64,000 nucleotides of DNA, from assembly GCA_951406725.2 (NCBI GenBank), contig OX597814.1:101432001-101496000 (forward strand), read 5' to 3'. Of the stretch, positions 57,211 to 64,000 are shown in pieces. The notes below the pieces were generated by a model that saw nothing but the letters and a program-made list of their open reading frames with translations, was not told the DNA's origin and searched no databases. The position numbers and the translations under genes were made by a program. This DNA is from Octopus vulgaris (Eukaryota). Positions within the stretch are counted from its first letter, which is position 1. The number at the start of each line of letters is the position of its first letter.

Positions 57211-57319
57211 CCTGCTCATTTAGCCAGCGGGGTGGCGTCATTCGAAGGCTAAAACGATGCGAACGCATTGTGACCAGCGATGTGTAACAACATCTGATGG
57301 TCTGGTCGGTCACGTGATT

Positions 57320-57325
<6 letters not shown>
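57209..57325 (+). mobile_element. SINE family C 3' fragment inside (TA)n
   Basis: Matches 53784-53902. Confidence 0.85.
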
Positions 57326-57367
<42 letters not shown>

Positions 57368-57794
57368 TAAATCCTGAAGAGCTAATCTATACTTTCTTAT
57401 AATACAAATTTCTTTTTAAACAAGAATATTCTTCTCAGTGACATCGAAAATTTGGACATCGCAGTCACGGTTTCGCTATACATTTTTGTAAACGTCATAA
57501 ACCTTTAGACGTATCGGTAAGAGCAACGAAAACCCGATCATGCATGTATACTTCTTAGGTCCATAATTTTCAATAAGCGTATGTTTCAATATCTGTGTAT
57601 TTGTATGTATGTACTTGAGAACGTACACACGCAAACGCGTAAAAACATACACTAAGATAACGAAGCTCAGAAACCATGTTGTAAATTGCAATTTAAAACA
57701 AAACAATACATTTTACAATGTTTTAAAACTTTGTAAATATGATGGATGCCTGGGAAAAAGTAATTGATTATTGTAATACCGAGAGGCGATATTC

Positions 57795-57972
57795 TTTTGT
57801 TTTTTATTTGTGTCAGTCATTTGACTGCAGCCATGCTGGAACACCGCCTCTACTTGAACAAAACTACTCCAGGACTCATTCTTTGTAAGCCTAATACTTA
57901 TGTTACGAGAACGTAAACACACTAACATTGCCAATCGATGCTAGTGGAGCAAACACAGACACAAACATATAC

Positions 57973-58038
<66 letters not shown>

Positions 58039-58186
58039 GACGGAGTTCTTTCAGTTTCAGTCTATGAAATCCACTCACAAAGCTTTGTTAGACACAGGAC
58101 TATAATAGAAGACACTTGCCTGAGGTGCCACGCAGTGAGACTGAACCATGTGGTCGGTAAGCAAGCTACTTACCACAGAGCCACTC

Positions 58187-58187
<1 letters not shown>
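57795..58187 (-). mobile_element. SINE family A, diverged
   Basis: cagtcatttgactgcagccatgctgg...gaagacacttgcc...ctacttaccacagagccactc. Confidence 0.8.
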
Positions 58188-58218
<31 letters not shown>

Positions 58219-58222
<4 letters not shown>

Positions 58223-59493
58223 CGGTTTGAAAAAATAATGGAAACTCCATAAAATTTCAAACAAATTTATTTTAATATAGGGTACAACCGCCATTTGCAG
58301 TAATTATACTTTTAATTCTACGACGTATGGACTCGTACAAAGTTTCAATTGCTTCCAAAGGAATTTTTGTCCATTCTTCAACTAAAACCGTCTCCAATTC
58401 TTGTAGTGATGATGGTGGAGGATATCGACTCCTGACTTGTTTTTCTAAAATGCACCATAAATGTTCAATAATATTGAGCTCTGGGGACTGGTGGCCAGAT
58501 AAGATGTTCAACTTTACTAGAATGTTCCTCACGCCATTCAGTAACAACTTTAGCTGTGTAAATTAGTGCATTATCATCCTGAAAGATTGCGTTTCCCTCC
58601 GCAAATAGTTCCGCAACCATAGGATGAATTTGATCAGATAAAATACTTAAATAGTCTTGACTATTAATTCTGCCACGAAGGGAAACCATTGGGCCTGCGG
58701 ATTTCCAAGATATATCCCCCTGCCCCAGATCATCACAGATCCTCCTCCATGTTTAACAATTGGAAGAAAGCAGTCTAGGTCAAATGTTCCTTTTGGCTGT
58801 CTCCCCACATATACTTGGCCGGTGGTCGGAAATAAAGTAAAGGATGACTCATCCGAGAAAATAACATTCTTCCACTGCTCTGGGCACCAATTCTGTCGGT
58901 TTTTATTCCACTCTAAGCGCTTTGCAGCGTTTGTTTTTGAAAGTAGTTGTTTTCTGTTTGCAGCCCTCCCGTGAAATCCGGTTATGTGCAGCTCCCGGCG
59001 AACAGTTTTTGTGGAAACTGAGTTCTCGAGGCGGTCATTAAGCTGTGCAGTAATTTTGGGAGTTGTACTTTTGTGATCCTTTCTTACAATTCGCGTAAGA
59101 GTCCGACGCTCCCTGTCTGGAAGTTTTGGTTTTCTTTCGAAGTTTTGTTTCGACGAGGAGGTTTTTCTATCTTTTTCAAAGGCTGTCTTTACTTTCGAGA
59201 CAGTACTTCTTGATACATCAAACACTTCAACTGTTTTCGTTACGCTGGCGCCTGCCATGCGATTACCAACAATTTTTCCTTTTTGAAAGTCCGATAGATC
59301 TGTCTTTTTAGTGAATTCTGATTACCGTTTTCTGATGATATCTGAAAAGAAACAGCAATTTTAGCCAAACTTATCAAGCAACACTAATAATAAATCAAAA
59401 ACATAAAAAAACAAGCTTCTGATGGTTTTATAGATATTTCAAAATGATGATGCTATGATGCTAAGTGTTTCCATTATTTTGAACAACCCTTGT
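58219..59493 (-). mobile_element. Near full-length Tc1 transposon; frameshifted transposase pseudogene at about 58272-59310
   Basis: HTH (GASVTKT..VSRSTVSKV), WKNVIFSDESSF, VKHGGGSVMIWG, FQDDNA and WPP/QSPELNIIEHLW (DD34E) split over three ORFs; TIRs ggtttgaaaaaataatggaaac / gtttccattattttgaacaaccct. Confidence 0.93.
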
Positions 59494-59889
59494 ATATTGA
59501 ATAAAAAGTACAGAAGAAAAGGGAAATCTTAACAAAAACATAACAAACGAAAAATTAGACAAAACCATACTACCTGATTCTTCATCAGTCAATGTCCAAG
59601 AGATGCTAGTGGTTTCGCGTCTTGGCAGCGACAGAGCAGAGAGCGTCTGCGAATAGATATTGGATATATACAAGGGCAAAAACAAATAAGACAAACTAAA
59701 ACAATATAATTATTGTACGCATACAGAAAACAGTAATTATACAAATGCAACAAAAAGAATAATAATAATATGTATGCAACAGAAAGTGGCCTCACAACCA
59801 TCAAACTGCCGTATATGTGTAGCGCAAAGGATAAATGGAAAATGTCCTATGTACATATATATATACATACACACACACGTATATATATC

Positions 59890-61310
<1,421 letters not shown>

Positions 61311-61357
61311 AATAATCATCATAATCAGCATAATCAGCATAATCGTCATAATATCCT

Positions 61358-61547
61358 TTCTATTATAGGCACAAGGCCTTAAATTTTACGAGAGTGTGTA
61401 AGGCGATAACATCGGCGCCAGTGCTTGCTCAACTGGTATTTATTTTATCTACCTAGAAAGGATGAAAAGCAAAGTCTATTTAAAGACAGTTGAAATGCCG
61501 CTAAAAGTTTTCTCTGGCCTGCCAACGATTGTACTAGCTCGCCGCCT
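61358..61547 (-). mobile_element. SINE family B, diverged
   Basis: ggcacaaggcctt..caactggtatttatttt..gaaaggatgaaa..agctcgccgcc. Confidence 0.75.
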
Positions 61548-61592
61548 TAATCATCTCCTAATATAATAATGAGCATAGTGTTTATCTGTATG

Positions 61593-61623
<31 letters not shown>

Positions 61624-61624
61624 C

Positions 61625-61687
<63 letters not shown>

Positions 61688-61689
<2 letters not shown>

Positions 61690-61816
61690 GAGTTTACGAA
61701 AAAAACAAAAGACGAAGACAGGTGGTGTACAAAACAAACAGATGTATTAGTATAACGCTCAGGAATAGAAAAAAGTATTTTACATTTCGAGCCTACGCTC
61801 TTCTACAGAAAGGGAC
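61688..61816 (-). mobile_element. Short element with hammerhead-like motif, family H4, inside (TA)n
   Basis: Minus strand CTTT-CTGTAGA-AGAGC-GTAG-GCTC-GAAATGTA-AAA; homologous to 34527-34670. Confidence 0.6.
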
Positions 61817-62197
61817 ATATATATATATTTGTCTAAAATCACAGAGCAGGAGTACGACGGAGTAGGAGGAAGTGTAGCATAAGTGAAGGAAGAGGAGAGA
61901 AAATAGTAACCCAGTAAAGGAGAAGTAGTGAGAGTAATAGCCCTGATGACAAGGATGAGAGAAAGTAATAGCAATGTGAGAAAGGAAGTGGCAAAGAGCG
62001 CGTCATATATTTTCTATTTTTCTCTGACACAAAATATGAATGAGAAAGGAAGGGGTAAAAAAAAATCAGCATTTCAACTCTGTTTGAGTATATGTGTGTA
62101 TGTGTGTGCATGTACAAGGCAAGTATGTGAATGTTTGTATCTGTGATTATTGTGTAACTTATTTTATACCTTATTTGTATATAAAATATTACAAGTA

Positions 62198-62229
62198 GCC
62201 GTCGTTTTTGACGGCACAGGGTCAGCTAG
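62198..62229 (+). mobile_element. Helitron-like 3' terminus
   Basis: Hairpin GCCGTC-gttttt-GACGGC, 10 nt, then CTAG followed by T. Confidence 0.55.
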
Positions 62230-62244
62230 TCATAATAATAATCA

Positions 62245-62691
62245 TTTCCATTAGAAGTACAAGTCTTGAACTGTTTTTTTTTCTTTTTGTGGGCGGTGAT
62301 AAGTCGATGGCATCGACCCCAGTGTTCCAGTGGTACTTATTGACCCTAAAAATATGAAATGCAAAGGCGATCTTGGCAGAATTTGAACTCATAACATAAA
62401 TGCGGACGAATTGCCACTCAGCATTTTATCCGCCGTGCTAATGATTCTGCCATCTCGCCACCTTAATCTTCATAATAATGGTTTCAAATTTTGGCACAAG
62501 GCCAGCAATTTCGGGAGAAGGTAAGTCGATTACATCGGCTCCTGTGACCAATCGATACTTATTTTATCAACCCCCATATAGGATGAAAGGAAAAGTCAAC
62601 CTCGGAAGAATTTGAACTCAGTACTGAAAACCGGACAAAATGCTGCTAACCATTTTGTCCGACGTGCTAGCGATTCTGCCAGCTCACCGCT
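62245..62691 (-). mobile_element. Two SINE family B copies
   Basis: Reverse-complement copies at about 62245-62464 and 62478-62691. Confidence 0.8.
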
Positions 62692-63188
62692 ATACTCATC
62701 ATTTGGGGCGGGGTAATGTAAATGTGAATTTACTTAACTTGGCTTTATTAAAGTAAATTATTTTCAACCTGACAATTGAAAGGAGGTCACGAAGTTGAGC
62801 TTCTAAGAGATTGCATCTTGTTCAATAGCACTCAGCAACGCTTCACGAAGTTTCAAGTTCCAATTAAGAAAATGCTGCAATTTTAAGTAATAACACTGTG
62901 GATGGGTCGTTGCACACATATTAATCATATTCCGTCCATCTCAATTTCAAATTCACGACGTACAAAATACTTAAACCACATGTTAAATTCCTTCTCCTTT
63001 CTCTCACTCACACACGCTCTCTCACTCTCACTCTTTCTTTGTCTCTGTCTCCTTTTCTTTCTCTTTCTTTGTCTCTTTATATATTTATATATATATATAT
63101 ATATAAACTCTCTCCATATATGCTTTCTGTGGTTTGTTTAGTTTTAAAATAGTTCCTCCTAAATCAATATAACAAAGGAGTAGGACTT

Positions 63189-63246
<58 letters not shown>

Positions 63247-63320
63247 CATACATATATACATACATATGCATGCATACATGCATACATACATACATACATA
63301 CATACATACATACATACATA

Positions 63321-63379
63321 CAGGGTGACCATTATAAAATATAAGTTTGCAATAGTTTATTGATTTTTCGGCTACCCTG
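63321..63379. mobile_element. Tiny Tc1/mariner-type MITE or deletion derivative
   Basis: ta|CAGGGTGACC ... GGCTACCCTG within a microsatellite. Confidence 0.5.
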
Positions 63380-63399
63380 AATACATATATATATATATG

Positions 63400-63463
<64 letters not shown>

Positions 63464-63473
63464 TGTGTTTGTG

Positions 63474-63529
<56 letters not shown>

Positions 63530-64000
63530 TGAATAGATAGATAGCTAGATATACATACCTGGCACTGAATGAAACCGCGCTTGCGCGGTGAATTTGGAAA
63601 AATCATAATACATAAGGATGAGACGAGCGTTATTCTGTCTCTAAATTATATCTTAATGATTTGGCGTAGCCACTATTGACAATTTCACCTAGCAAATTAT
63701 TTTATTTACTAATTAGAGTTCGAAACCTAGATATGGCTTTAAAAAAAAAACAAGGTAAAAGTTTTTGTTTTTCATTCCCTTCGAAATTGCTCTTAAATGT
63801 GGTTTTGTTCGTTTTGACTGCTACTTTTAGCTTGTAACGCTGACTGTTAAGGGTCGACTCTATTGTGTTTAATATACACTAATTTTATATGGAAAACATG
63901 TTGTCTATTGACTTTTTATACATGCTAGGCCACTGGTAGTGAAATTTCTAAAATTTCACTATCCTATATTTTATGAATATGATTTTAGTGATTTCGGAAG

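Noticed and set aside
57370-57460. CTGAAGA...GAAA
   Set aside because: No supporting stems; expected by chance in AT-rich DNA
58272-59258. Intact Tc1 transposase gene
   Set aside because: Coding region is split by frameshifts into three ORFs; treated as a pseudogene within the transposon
59570-59630. Minus-strand GAAAC...CTGATGA arrangement suggesting a type II hammerhead
   Set aside because: Stems I-III do not pair convincingly and there is no correctly placed NUH

Overview
AT-rich, microsatellite-saturated eukaryotic DNA. The SINE families and (TA)n/(TAGA)n/(TACA)n load suggest an octopus or other coleoid cephalopod, though this is inferred. I find no supportable host exon and no intact protein-coding gene; nearly all ORFs in the supplied track are translated simple repeats or SINEs. 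The window holds three tRNA-headed SINE families in many copies and decayed DNA transposons: a near full-length Tc1, a DUF4817-type Tc1/mariner, mariner, Tigger/pogo, hAT-Charlie, MITEs and a Helitron-like end. It also holds LINE relics (RTE, R4/Dong-like, and a possible Penelope GIY-YIG end). The main unexplained signal is a set of unrelated short non-coding elements, most in or abutting (TA)n tracts and many folded back as inverted duplications. They carry type I hammerhead ribozyme motifs (CTGANGA-stem II-GAAAC-palindromic loop-GTA-stem I), in at least three clear families plus variant and degenerate ones. This looks like a diverse Penelope/retrozyme-like self-cleaving retroelement system that targets microsatellites. 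One foldback element has captured 131 bp of the neighbouring Tc1 by an apparent template switch. All coordinates and alignments were read by eye.
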